A program made the position numbers and the translations under genes. Source: Lama guanicoe (taxonomy: Eukaryota). From it: a stretch of DNA of 64,000 nucleotides. The notes below the pieces were generated by a model that searched no databases, had not been told where the DNA came from, and saw only the letters and a list, made by a program, of their open reading frames with translations. How positions within the stretch are numbered: the first letter of the stretch is position 1; every line of letters starts with the position of its first letter. The stretch covers positions 6,459,757-6,523,756 of the forward strand of contig MU054187.1 of the NCBI GenBank assembly GCA_013239625.1, in the 5' to 3' direction. Of the stretch, positions 12,341-25,100 are shown piece by piece.

Positions 12341-13738
12341 GAAGTTTCTCCCAAACCTGAGAATAGTTCATAGCACCATTTTCCTTGACTCTTCCAAATC
12401 CTTAAGAATCAGTGAGAATAAAGGCTGTCATATTTCTTGTTTTCATACATTACAGAGCTAAATGTTATTTTCTCACAAATTGCTTTACAAAGCGAACATT
12501 TCATAAATAAGATTTTTACTGTTCTTTTATCCTGAAAATGAATGCTCATTACCTGAACTGTCCTTTATCTTGTCCATATCACAAAGGCCACAGAAAGCAG
12601 CAATGTGTGAGCTGACTGTCTCCCTGAAGAGATTCCTCTAGTCCTAAATTAAGTAAAAGACTCATTTTGTCTTTAGAATTATTTTCCATGTTGAAGCATG
12701 AATAATTAGGTTGGGAGTAAATATTCTACCTCTGGTTGCAGACAGTTTGACCCAGGAAAGCTAGAAGAAAAATACATGCTTCCAAGTGTCTGCACGGCTA
12801 CTATGGCTTCTGGGTTTTGGAACTTCTAGATTAGATCAAACCGATGACTGAGAGAGCTCACTTATATTTAAATGGAGACAGATGCAAATCATACGGGTAT
12901 TTCTCTGTGTACCGCTTAGGTAGAAAAAAGCGTAAGGGATGTATCCATGGGGATTAAAAACACTAAGCGAAATAACATCTCAGGACAAAAGAAGTTACTT
13001 TAGAAAGGAATGGCTTTTAAGCTCATATGGATTTTGAGTTAGGTAGGGAGGCAACCAAGAGTTTCAAGTCCTTTTGTCTTCAGCAGGAGAGTGACAAAGG
13101 CAGATAGTAAAACCGCTTGTAAATGTCCTCACGTGAGCCCCTGTCTCGCTGCTGGTGAATTTGATTATTGAAGGTCAAGCCTCCAGCCATAAGCCTGTCC
13201 TTCTCTCCCTGCTCCAGTTCAGTTAGTTCAGTTTTGAGTAATTAGGTACCATGAGGTTAAAATAAGATGTCTTTTAAAAGTCCCTTTTTATTGTTAAGCT
13301 GCAAATGGCTGCCTTAAAAAAAAAAAAGGTAGAGGAGAGGGTATTTCTGTGAAAGAAGCTGTTTGAGGAAATAAGGTAATAGGAGGCCATAATTTTCCTG
13401 CATAGCGAGGCCTGAGAACAGCCCCATAAAGCACGCCGTAACAGTGAGGGATCTCTCTCACGGTTTCTCAGGGCAATTCACAAAAGAGCAATCTATTACT
13501 GATCTGACCCTACACCGTTAACTAAAACTTCCGAAACACATTGCAAATACTTGCATATTATGCATTGAAGTTGTCAATAAGAAAATTATGCCAAATATCC
13601 TATTTTAAATAGAATATATTCTTTATTCCTCTAATCAGATCCACAGCATAATACACTGCTTTTCTGAGTTCCAGTGAATTTGCCCAGACTTTCCTTGTGT
13701 CATCTGTCTTGTTTCTCTTCTGTGCCTCTGTCTTGCAG

Positions 13739-13977
13739 TAAGCCATGGCCTCGGTTTTGCTTCTCTTTCGGATGGCCACCACCACCTAGGACCTGTATGT
13801 CCTGCTGCTTTCCAGGAACAGAAGGAAGACCTTCTATTTGTCTGTTTCACCGGCAGCTTGGTATCGAAAAAACTGTTGAATGGGCCGCAGTTTCAGCAGA
13901 CCATCACGTGAATGGGACCAGTCTCTTTTCTTCCCAAAGATCAGAAATTAAGTACTTGGTAAGGAGATTTGTCCAAA
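13739..13977 (+). other. CLVS1: 5' leader portion of the first coding exon, containing several upstream ATGs
   Basis: Long pyrimidine tract (gtcttgtttctcttctgtgcctctgtcttgcag) ending in AG at 13737-13738 is the best acceptor upstream of the CDS. The boundary is inferred without transcript data. Confidence 0.65.
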
Positions 13978-14366
13978 ATGACCCATTTACAGGCTGGACT
14001 CAGCCCAGAGACCATAGAGAAAGCTCGCCTGGAACTGAACGAAAACCCAGATGTTTTACATCAGGATATTCAACAAGTCAGGGACATGATCATCACCAGG
14101 CCTGACATTGGATTTTTACGTACAGATGATGCCTTCATCCTGAGATTTCTCCGAGCCAGGAAGTTTCACCAAGCAGATGCCTTTAGACTCCTGGCCCAGT
14201 ACTTCCAGTACCGCCAGCTAAACCTGGACATGTTCAAAAACTTCAAGGCCGATGACCCTGGCATTAAGAGAGCTCTCATTGACGGGTTCCCTGGAGTGCT
14301 GGAAAACCGCGATCACTACGGCAGGAAGATTCTTCTGCTGTTTGCAGCCAATTGGGATCAGAGTAG
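13978..14366 (+). CDS. CLVS1: Clavesin-1, first coding exon from Met23-equivalent ATG (CRAL-TRIO N-terminal region and start of SEC14 domain)
   Basis: Translates to [86 protein letters not shown]...[11 protein letters not shown], matching CLVS1 as I recall it (ETIEK, HQADAF, GVLENRD distinguish it from CLVS2). Ends AG|GTAAAT, a phase-2 donor with GT at 14367. Confidence 0.96.
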
Positions 14367-14739
14367 GTAAATGTAGATAGTGTCTTTACTTGGTTTTTCT
14401 TTTCCATAAGCATCGTCACTGCATGTTTGGGGCTGTATGCCTTTGCAGACAATGGGCTTTCATTTAAAAAATATATACTCTACACGTCTGCAAAGAAAAA
14501 TTTAAGGCCATGGGTTTACCGTCATCAAAAGGTGATTACAGACCCACAGTGATGTTTTAGAACAATAGAATCACGGTGCTAGAATTGCTTAGAGACCTTA
14601 GAAGTTATTGTTCTAGTCATCAAAGTGGGTCGTTCATTTTAATAAAGTTGAAAGGCGGTATTCTAGAAGAACCATATATTCTGTCTTCAGTGTTCTCATC
14701 TTTAACAACTACAAAAATGGATTCAGTAGATGGCTTTAA

Positions 14740-15990
14740 ATCAAGCGTTTTCAACACATGAAATAATTTCTTGGATCCCCACCATGCCTCTAATAGCCGA
14801 CACTGCTTCTGCGTGGCAGACCTTTCTATCCAGATGCCTGCTAGCCATTTCTCCTGACAGTCCTATAAAGAACTGCAAACCCAACTTGTCCCAAAATGAG
14901 TGCATCACCTTTCCCTCTCTATCCAGTCTTCCATCCATCCAGTCTCTTGGGCCAGAAATCTGGGTGGTATCCTGGACTGCTCCTTGCCCTTGCTCCTCAC
15001 ATCCAATTAATTGCCAAGCCCTACCCCCTTCTTCTTAAGGCCACCTCTCTTTGCCCCCATGGCTATTGTCCTAGTGTAACTTCTCATCATTCCTCACCTG
15101 TGTCACCACTACAGACTCCTGCCTCTGGTCTAGCCTCCTCTGAGCCATTCTAGTCTTCACCATACTGACCATGTAACCCTTCCAAAATTCCGTTATGTCA
15201 CTCCTCTCATTAAAATTCCTCAATGACTTGCAAGGTCTTCAAAGTAAAGTAAAGCCCTTTATGATCCACCTTCTGCATCTCCTGCTCTGCTTCACCTTCT
15301 GCCTTTCTTTGTGCTTTCTGGTCCAGCTGGCTGGAAGTATCAGCCTTGCCTTAAACAGCTGAAGCTTCTATATGCTTCCAAGCCTTTGGACTTGCCCCAC
15401 CAGACCCTTAAAGGAGGGGCCAACTGTTTCTTATGCCAATTCTAACCATGTCAGATGTAGCCTGCCTACTGACTCATCCACTGATCTTTCTGGCTCTTCG
15501 GGAAGGGAGTCTTTATGTACCTCCCATCCCAACCCTGTTTCAGTGAGGTGCCTTCCTCTGTTCGCATATTTCCATTATAGCATTTATAATAGGGGTATAA
15601 GAACCACTGTTATTGTAGCTCATATTTTTGAATATGTACCACATACTATGCTAAGCATTTATATATACATATTATCTCATTTAATCCACCCAAAAACTTT
15701 GCATGATAGTATTACTAGGATCTCTATTTCACATTTGATGACACAAGGTTTTGAGAAGTTATGTACCTCACTCAGTGTCACACAACGAGTGAAATATGGA
15801 GTAGGGGGTCAGCCCTGGTGGTCTGACCTGAGAACGAGCTATGTTAACCTAGCTTTATTGTAATTGCACATCTACTTGTGTGTTCTTTCTTAACCTTCTC
15901 CAAGTGTGCAGGTTCCTTGAGGGCAGGGCTGTGCTTTTTTCATGTTTATTTTTTGGGCACACGGAGCAACAGCTGATAAATGTTGAATGA
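14740..15990 (+). mobile_element. L2 LINE 3' region with an antisense MIR inserted at about 15600-15850
   Basis: caaacccaacttgtcccaaaatgag..., ttccttgagggcagggctgtg... and terminal taaatgttgaatgaa. The MIR shows tatctcatttaatcc...cagtgtcacacaac. Confidence 0.75.
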
Positions 15991-17160
15991 AAAAGAATGC
16001 ACGAATCAATCTCCAAAACTCCACCTGTGGCTTGAGCTCTCACAATGGGATCATACTGAGTTTTTTATGGTACTTGGGGAAACACAGGTTTATTTTCAGA
16101 AATATATCAAGAACCCCTCCACCAAATACAATGAAAAGGGGTTTCTAGGGTGCCCCTTTACTGCTTCATATGACTATTCCTCTTAAGTAGTGTAGGACAC
16201 CTCAGTGACCAGTGCTGTTTTCTGGTTGGTGAATTGGAATAGGCCAATCTAACCCTGAAAAGGCATCTGAATGGTTTAACACTCTCAGCCTAGAAATTGG
16301 TCAGGTCTGCACCTGGGCCAGGGCTGCCCTGCCACAGTTCCATTTTGTTGTTCCATAAGCATTAAGGATGAGCCTCTTGCTCCAATGCTCTACTGATAAG
16401 AAGGATCTGCAGGTCCTTAAACTCACCCATATGTCAGCTACCCAGCAAACGTTTGACTAGTATATAATGTGTGCCAGGGTTAGTGCTAAGGCACTGAGGA
16501 CAGTGATGAAAGCACAAGGTTTCTCTTAGCAAAGAGCTCACTGGGCCACCCATTGTCCAGCTATGGTACAAACATACAGACAGCTGACTTCCATCTACTA
16601 TAGGAGAACTCCTCCTGAGACACAAACGATCAACACAGGACACGAGCCTTAAACTAGAGGGAACAGCCGTTCTCTTGAGAACGGCACATTAATACTGCGG
16701 ATTTTGAAACAGGAAAATGTGATGATTATGGAGAGCGAGCCTGGTGATGTCACTTGTGCTCACTTGTGGTCGGTGTTCTAGAACCTCCATCTGCTGAGAC
16801 AGATGATGCCTCCAACACCAGCAAGGGATGACTTATACGCGAAGAGATAAATCATCGTAAGATGTCTTGTCTTGTATTAATCCTTGGTCTGTGTGCATCT
16901 CAAAATGTGTGAGAAGCGAGAAGAAACAAGTCTCTGAGGGAATAATTCAAACCCTTCTGATGATGATAACCTTGAACAAGTTACTTGACGTCTCTGTTCC
17001 TCAGTTCCTCATGTGTAAAATAAAACGCTTGAACTAGGTAACCCCTGAGATATCTTCCAGCTCTAATGGCTCATGAATGTGAAATTCATTTGGCCTGATC
17101 CCTTGGATGGAAAGGGATTTTAAAATTCACTTTATAGGCTCCTAGGGTCTTTGAAGTAAT

Positions 17161-17232
17161 CTCTCTCTCCCTCTCTCTCTCGCAGTCTCTCTCCTTCTCA
17201 CATACATTCACACACACACACACACACACACA
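17161..17232. repeat. Compound (CT)n/(CA)n microsatellite
   Basis: Read directly. Confidence 0.9.
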
Positions 17233-17399
17233 GTCTCTTTCTGCCACCCCTCCTCCCTCCCACCAGAAGGCTGAGTCTACTTGAGGCAATTTTTTTTCAA
17301 ATTGTAGAATATTATTTGTTCCAAACCATTTTGGTTTTAATAAGAAGGTGAAAGGTAAGGCTATCCCGCTGACAGCCAAAGGTCGTCAGAAGCAAACAA

Positions 17400-17605
17400 A
17401 CCTCAGTCTGAACCCAGATACTGTCGTGTGATTTACTGGTTATAGGACCCGGGACAAGCAATCTCTCTGAGGCTCAGTTTTCTCATCTGTAAGGTGGGGA
17501 TGATAATGACGGCTTTTCAATAATGGCATTTGAAGGAATGACTGAAGTAATGCTTTTAGGGCACACAGCTCATTGCTTGGCACATGATATGCACTTAATA
17601 AACAG
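17400..17605 (+). mobile_element. MIR SINE
   Basis: ctctctgaggctcagttttctcatctgtaaggtggggatgataat. Confidence 0.75.
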
Positions 17606-18684
17606 TAGTGTCTAGATTATCATTAATATTATAAAACACCCCACTGCAAAAATAATAGAGCACAGGTGGTAAAGAAATTAAAAACAGAGACGGGGTACAG
17701 TATTTGAAAACGGAAGTGGGCCGATGCGTGTGAACCGTCCCTGGCCCGTCCCTAGCACATCTGCTTTCTCTGTAGACATGTTTCATGTCACACAGACCTA
17801 GCCTACCGGGGCCCGGGGTCCTGAAGAGTTGGCGCAGCTTTGCCACATGATTACTTGACTCTCGTGGGGAGCCTGAGATGACTGGAAAGTGATCTGACTG
17901 TCTCCTATGAAAGGTTTACTGAGATTAAAATGGTTATTAATATTTATGAAAACGATGTAAATCTCATTCATCCAGACCCAGACAGCCCAGGCAGGAGCAC
18001 AGGATGGGGGAGATGGGAGCCGTGTCGCCAGGGGCCCTGCAGGGCTAGGTGTGCCGAGAGGGGCACGGGGCTCCAGCGGACGGAGCAAACGCTGGCCTCC
18101 TCCAGAAACTGGGTCTCAGCAGGAGCTACCTGACTTCTGTCTTTCCTGGGGCTGCCAGTCTGAACCGAAACGAGTTAGATTAAACCAGCACCCACACACT
18201 CATTCATAAAATGAAGCGGGCACCTCCAGGGTCAACAGAGCGTATGTTTCAGTTCGCCAGCCGGTGTGTGATGGAGGCCCAGGGGGACACGACTGCTCAG
18301 TGAGCCTTTTGATCTTTCTCACCTAAACTCACACCGGCATCTGCAAGAATTCACAATTTGTCCCTTAAGATCTGATCAAAAAGAAATCTGTTTCTTGCTT
18401 CTTTCTGAGTGGCATACCTGCACCGGGTCACATGGCCTGATCTGCCCGTGAATGCCTTCCCCACGGAGGGGAAATGTGAGCATGGAGGGACATGCCGATT
18501 TTTTCTGGATTTTGCTCAGTTAAAAAAAAAAAAAGTTAAACTTGCTCAAGGTATTTTGCTTTCTGGAGCCTCAGTTTTATCAGATGGAAATGGGCATACT
18601 CTCTAGCATGTGGAGCTGTTGAGAGGATTAACCCAGTTGTTCTAGTTGATGGGGTTCGGGGGTAGAAAAGAATGGGCATTAAAT

Positions 18685-18835
18685 GCACAAACTCTGAGGC
18701 TAGATGGCCAGCTTCCAATCCCAGCCGCCTCCTAACCAGCCACAGGATCCTTAGCAAGTGGCTTAAATGCTTGTTATCCTCAGTTTCTCACCTTTAAAGT
18801 GGGTCCATGATTAGCATTAGTTGATGTTCAATAAA
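18685..18835 (+). mobile_element. MIR SINE
   Basis: ccttagcaagtggcttaa...cctcagtttctcacctttaaagtggg. Confidence 0.7.
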
Positions 18836-19548
18836 CGGCAGTTTTTTTCTTAAGAAAAAAAAAAACCTCATACCAGGCAAATATCTAGGATACTGGGTCA
18901 CAAGATGTTCTTTCTAAGGTCGGCAGAATTTGATGCTATTACTAATTTCCCTCCCCCTGCCCAGAAGTCCTCCACGGTAGCTCCGTTGTGGCTGGGAGGT
19001 GCAGAGAAGCCGCCTGGTCTTACTGCCCCCACCCGTCTTGTTTCTTGTAGTCTCAGGATACAAGAAAAGTGTTGGGGATCGGGGTCCAGGTGACAGAAGC
19101 CTCACAACAGATGACAAGAGTACCCATTAGTGCTGTGTGTAGACCAGCTGGGGTCCCCAAGTACTCCAGTGGGAGAAAAAACAACTGGAAACGCACCGCA
19201 AGTCGTATTATATAAAACTACACTGGACCTTCTTTTGTCAGTGTGTCGTTTGTTTCTCACGACGGAAAGCTCAAAAATCAGCAGCTAGGTTGAAAATTAG
19301 TTGATGAGTTGGATCTTTGAGGAAGCTGAGGCGCTCTAAGGAAGAGCTCCATTAGGGTGATTTAGTGGAGAGAAAAGGAGGCGATGAACAGCCTGATTAC
19401 TACCTTCAAGTACACAGAGTTATTATAAGAAGGCGATGAATCCTGTAGGCTCTCCTTCCCCAACATGTGGAACAAGGGACAAAAGAGTTGCACTGAAGCA
19501 CAACCACCTGGATTAAAGATTAGGGAGCCTGAGCCAAGACCCCAGCAC

Positions 19549-19788
19549 CAGGGCCGGGGCGAGGCTGAGGGGGTGGGGCATGTGCCTGGGGTGCAAAACA
19601 TAAGGGGGACACCCAAACACTTATTCATCAAAGGAAATAATATTGTTATAAAATATTTTCAGAATCAAAATTAATGCAAAGAAAAATTCCTGATGAACAA
19701 AATACCAAAAATTTTAAAGAAGGCAGGATAAGAATTATTGATTTTAACTTGTGCCCCAGGCTCCAATACGCCCCTTGGCAGAGCATTG
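19549..19788 (+). mobile_element. hAT-Tip100-type MITE (MER96-like)
   Basis: Begins CAGGGCCGGG, has internal aatcaaaattaatgcaaa...tgatgaacaaaataccaaaattttaa and ends caggctccaatacg...gcattg. The subfamily name is uncertain. Confidence 0.6.
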
Positions 19789-21924
19789 CTCAGCCCAGTC
19801 AGATTCCCAAGGGAAGAGCTTTAAGCTGTCTCTAGTCAATTACGTGACAGTACATAGCACCTCACATCCGTACGCTATGCAGCTGCACGGGGCCTTACGG
19901 TTCCCAAGCACTTCCCTGTACATTTGCTGATTTAATGTTTCAGTATCACTGACTTACAAATAACAGAGGAGGGGAGGAGAAGGTACTTTCTAATCAAGGA
20001 ACACTATGATTCATCGATGGAAAAATTTAGACTCAGGGTTTCCAATTCCAAGCTCATTCCAAAGACATTTGGAGCCAACTGCTCAGCCCCTGAGTGATCA
20101 GGTATGTCAGATCTTCCATGGAGCTTCTGAAAGGCTGTCAGTGGATTTCCTGGTGGTGGACAGGGATGTGGACGAGGACAATGAGTCACAGTGGAGAGGA
20201 CCTGAGATTCAGGGGCAGAGATGCTGGAAAGAAGCACAACTGGCATCGGAAGCTGCTTAGTTCTTAGCGTGTTGAGCATTGTGGCGTGTTCAGCATCCCC
20301 TCTCCCAGGCAGCGTCATCACCAGAACGACCACCTTCTTATTTCCAAAGCCCTCAGGGGAGCTAGAACCCATTTTAAGAACTCCTCATGGGGTGTGTCTA
20401 AAAATGTCCTCACACCAATGTCAATAACACCCTTTGTTGAGCATCTTTGTGCCAAGTGTCTTGTATATGTGATTTCTAATTCCCCTCATAGTCCCATAAG
20501 GATCTCTGTTATGTGTGTAGATAATCTATAACAGAGATAAAATTCTTCCCTTATCTGTCTGAACATAGAATCTATGCTTTTCCACTAAACCCTAGCTGTG
20601 GTCTCATTCCTACCCTGAACTCAAGGCTTCCAAAGCTTTGGACAATCAAAATCTGAATCACTGGTTGTTGCTAAGTGGCCAAGTGACCCCAGGGTCCACA
20701 TGCAAGGTTTTTTCAGTCATCTCTGAGCTCCATCTTCTAGCCAAGAAGCCCAGGGTGGCTCGGTGTGGGAGAACCCATGAGGCTCAGACCGTGAAGGGCG
20801 TGCCTTACAAGTGGGTGCACCAAAAGTGGAGATGATTCTGGAGGCTGAATGTGGAGGGGCTGTCTAGTCCCTCCCATGAGTGGGGAGAAAGAGAGCGGAG
20901 AGGGGCTCATCAGCTCAGTTTGAGCAAATGAGAAAGTGGGTGCAGTGCCCACCAACAGGCAAGACTCATCATTTCGTGGGATGAATCCAAGCCTCCCTCA
21001 TTCCTTCATGCATTCTTTAAACATGCTGACCGGACATGGTCCTCCAGCTCTAGGCAAGGTCCTGAAGCTCCAAGGAAGCTCCCAACACCAGAACGACATT
21101 TCACCCCAGCCCCTTGTTCCTGCAAGCATGAAACGTTGGGAAGATGAATGTTACCAGGGTACTTGCCTTTCCTGCGGTCACAATTCAGAAAGCAAGGACG
21201 CTGCCATATCTACCTTATAATGAAGAAAACCACCTGGACTCTGTCTGCTCCTAGGCAGCGGGTGCTTTTCCACTCACCACTTTTTTTCTGGGAAGGTGTT
21301 CAGCTGCTCCTCACCACCCCCCACGCCATGCGGTCATTTATTTGATGGATGTGCTGGAGATCCAGCTCCTTCAGACGTCACCGGTTGTTGCTGACCTGTG
21401 GCAACCTCCAAAGGGCTGATGCGGCACATGTCCCGACAGGTCTGTGGGGGGAGATGAGCATTAAGTAGGCTCTCTCTTCTGATTAAAACCCCGAGGCGGT
21501 AGGTGGGGTATAACTCTTCTAAATATAAATAAACCACTAGATTAAGGTTCACCTTTAGCTTTTGCAAGAGCATAAAAGAGCCTTTTACAAGCAGCAGGGG
21601 GTCGGCACCTCGTTCAGTTTCACTGTTCTAAGTATAAGAACTTGTGAACAAAAGGGGACAGATTGCTAATATGTCAATGCTGAATCCCGGGGACGCGAGA
21701 AGAGGAGGCAAGTCAGGTGGACGTTGTGCTTCTCCCCAGGGCCACAAGGTGACCCTCCTCCCAATTCCACGGCCAACTGACGGAGGTTCAAGAAAATGTT
21801 CAGCAGTTTGCTCTTCCCACAGAAGCATTTCCAGAATTGCTCTCGTAGTGATCAGTTTTCCTTCCAATTGTTGTGACCTTGGGAGTGAGCAAAAATGAAC
21901 TGAAGAGAAGTAGAGTTATTGCAA

Positions 21925-22120
21925 CCAAAAAAGTGTTGAGTGCTTACCACGTGGTAGGCGGTAATGCTCTTGGGTAGTCCGTGTTAATATCCGTATTTTG
22001 TAGATGATGCGATTGAGACTCAGAGATGTTAGGTAACCTATCCAAGGTCACACAGCTGGTAAATGGTTAAAACAAGCTGGCTCTCAGACCCAACTCCATT
22101 CAAATACCATTCTTCACAGC
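21925..22120 (-). mobile_element. MIR SINE
   Basis: attttgtagatgatgcgattgagactcagagatgttaggtaacctatccaaggtcacacagctggtaaatgg. Confidence 0.8.
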
Positions 22121-25100
22121 TTACCACCGGAACCTGATTGCCAAATTTGGAGGGACCATTAAACCAGACATTCAGGAGGCCTCCGCTCAAGTTCCCAAAG
22201 ACTTGAAAAAGACCTCAGAGCTCAAAAGGCAAACCCTGTTGCCACATGCTCCAATCTCACAGAAACCTGGCAAATCAAAGGTTGAAGATGCTGTCCTACC
22301 CCCACCCTAATGATTTAACAATGATAACAGTGACAACAAAAACAAGTTTGATTTTTTTAAAATCCCAGCCCAGAAAATGAATCTGGAGATTACATGGAAT
22401 ATGTTACAGAAAGCGGTCCTGAGTCTGATTTAAGACAGTGATTGAAGGCGTCGTCTTTGCCTACCCGTTTCTTCTATTAAAATGAGCGTTCCCATGCTGG
22501 CTTGTTGGCCAACAGACCCCAGCTTTGCTGCTTACCAGCTCTGTGACCTTGACAAGATACAGAGGTCCTCTCCCCCTTGATGTCCTCGCTGTCCAGTAAT
22601 TAGTGTGTGTCCTCGGCAGAGCTGTGAGGGTTACACGAGGTACGAGGTAGGAAGGGGTCATGAGAGAGAGAGAGCTGTTCCCTTTCTCCTGTAATTCAGC
22701 TGGCTGTCTCACTTCTACCGAATCCAGAGTCTAAAATGCCCAAGATATGATTTCTCAGTTTAAAGATCATATAAAATGGAATATTTCTCTGCTGTGTGCT
22801 CCTAAAAAGTTGGTGATTGATAAGGAAATGGAGTTAGAGGAGTTTACACTGCTTTTTCAATCTGCTGGACGAGTGTACGGCTGGCCACATGGGTCAGCTA
22901 AATAGTTCTTCAAATATTTCTTTTACATCCCCTTCTGCCTCCACAAAAACTCCTTATCAGGCCTCCTCCAGCACTCATGCTGGTCCTCACAGGCCAGGGC
23001 TCAGCGGCTTTCTGCCCGCAGTCAGCATCCTCTTCCTCTGGGTGCAGATCCTTGACAGCCTGTGAGTTAGAAGCGTCTCCCGCATGGACTGAATGGAAGG
23101 CAGAGCAGAGGAGTCCCTGCTCTGACATAACACAGCAATGCATGTCCCTGCCTCACTGGGTGGCCGCCCCTCAGGGAGATGTCAGATGTCACACGGCCGG
23201 GCGGGTTTGTGGCGGGAGGGGACCACCATGAGGACCAGGAGAGCAAGCTTTTATTGACGGCCTATCTTTCCAGGACAGCTGCTCCTTCCAAATCCTCACT
23301 TATAAACCCAGGAGTTGAAAAGACACGACACTCATCACTTTGTAGATGGAAGGGTCCCCTCTGATGGCTAGAAATTTGAGGGTCTGAGAATAAGTTTCTC
23401 CTTCCCAGAGCGTGGTCTGGGTAAAGCAGCCAACCCAAAGCTTGGCTCAGTTCCTCAACCTGCTGGGTCTGCTCTTTAACAGGCTGATGCTGGTAAAAGA
23501 GGGCCCAGAGAAAGGGCATCTCTGATCACGTGTTGCCCGTGTGAGATTTTCTCATGGACACGGGTGACTTCCTGAATGGGTGCATTGCAAGCTATGGGGC
23601 CTTTTCCTGTATCACTTGAAGCTCTTTGGGGCTGTTAGTTGCTCTCCCCAGTTCTCAATAAGCCAGGAAGCATCTTTTGATTCTTTTACAAGGAGCACAC
23701 TGTAGAGCTTCGAAGGAATCCCCCAGTCCCTGAGCCCTGAACCTCAGCCTTCAGACCAGCCGCCGGCTCTCCTGCTCTTTAAATATGGTTCCTAGATAAT
23801 CACTCTCGAACGGTGATATACGGAACCTTAAGCAGCTTTGGGGAATGATTAAATGCTTGCCCTTCGCTGAGGCTGTAAATCAAGCTCAGAAGCCATTCAT
23901 TGTGAGTGTCCTATAAAGCAGGAGAAGTTATTGCCACTCTCCTGCAAACCATACCATCGGACAGGGAAATAAAGAGCGGGTAAATTCTCGTGTGAAGGTT
24001 TTAAAGTGACGTGTTGTTCTTTCTTTGCACATTCTGTTTCTCATCGTTTTCCTCTTCTCTTTGCCTCAATTTCTTCCCGGTCTCTCATACTCCCCGCTGA
24101 GTGTCTCTGCATCTGATTTCAAATACGGTACTCCTGCAAATTACAGCCCGCGTCTCCTGGCGTAGAGCATGTTCACATCGGTAACGCTCCCAGGCCCCGG
24201 GCATCTCCTGTGCCATGTTGTTGACTTAATCCTCACAACAATTCACGAAGGAGAATTATTACCTTCATTTTAAATGGAGGGTATTTGATCTGGACAAAAC
24301 TACAAGGATGGTTGGTCATTTGATCGAGAGTATTTCTCTTTCTCCTTCTTCACGATGTCTGATTGTTTGGGGTCTGCCATTGGGGATGGTGCCCCCTGCC
24401 CTCTGATTGCTCAAAATCTGTTGCAAAGTCCCTGCTTGGGAGTCTTTAATGGCTCTCCAGTAAAGCTGGTTCAGTCTCTTTGCCATACATTTTGCCGTAT
24501 AAAATCTTAAGAATCTGGCATTACTTTCCTTATCCAAAGGACATCTTCCACCAGAGGTGAATGAGCCTCCCTCCTCCCTGGTTTCTCTCACTCCCCACTC
24601 ATTGAAGCTCTTTCCCACTTTTGCTTCCGTAGTTCCCACTACTCAGTTTTCATTCCTGTAATGAGGTGAGCATGGGCCCTATGGGAGTCCAGAAAAGAGG
24701 CATCTGACCCAACTGGGAAGCTGAGGCCTCAGAGAAATCTTCCTGGAGGCATTATCTGGCCGGAAGGAGAAGTGAGACTGAGTGGGCAGAGGGGAGGAGT
24801 GTGAGGGGGACAGAGCACACTGCGCAGGCACCGGGGAGAGAGCGAGCCCCGTGGGAAGAGCCTAGTTGGTTCCACTGAGCACAGACTGTCTGGGGCTCGC
24901 GTGGAGAGAGGTGCCGGCAGCAGAAGCCGGGAATGAGAGGCCTTGCTGGCCACAGGAATTTGGGCTTCATGCCTGAGGGCAGATCACGCCCTGCTCATCT
25001 TCCAAAGCTCCCATCCACACTAAGCGCTTCGCCCCTGGCTAGGGCAGCACGATCTCTTCCTTTGTTCTTCCCTGAATGCCTGTCACACGGATCTTCGCCA

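Noticed and set aside
13912..14366. Calling CLVS1 a pseudogene because of the TAA
   Set aside because: The downstream ATG has good context, both exons are intact with canonical phase-matched splice sites, and no other lesion is visible.
13969..14370. ORF-track start (TTG 13969) and stop (TAA 14368-14370)
   Set aside because: These are ORF-caller artefacts. The likely start is ATG 13978 and the stop lies within the GTAAAT splice donor.
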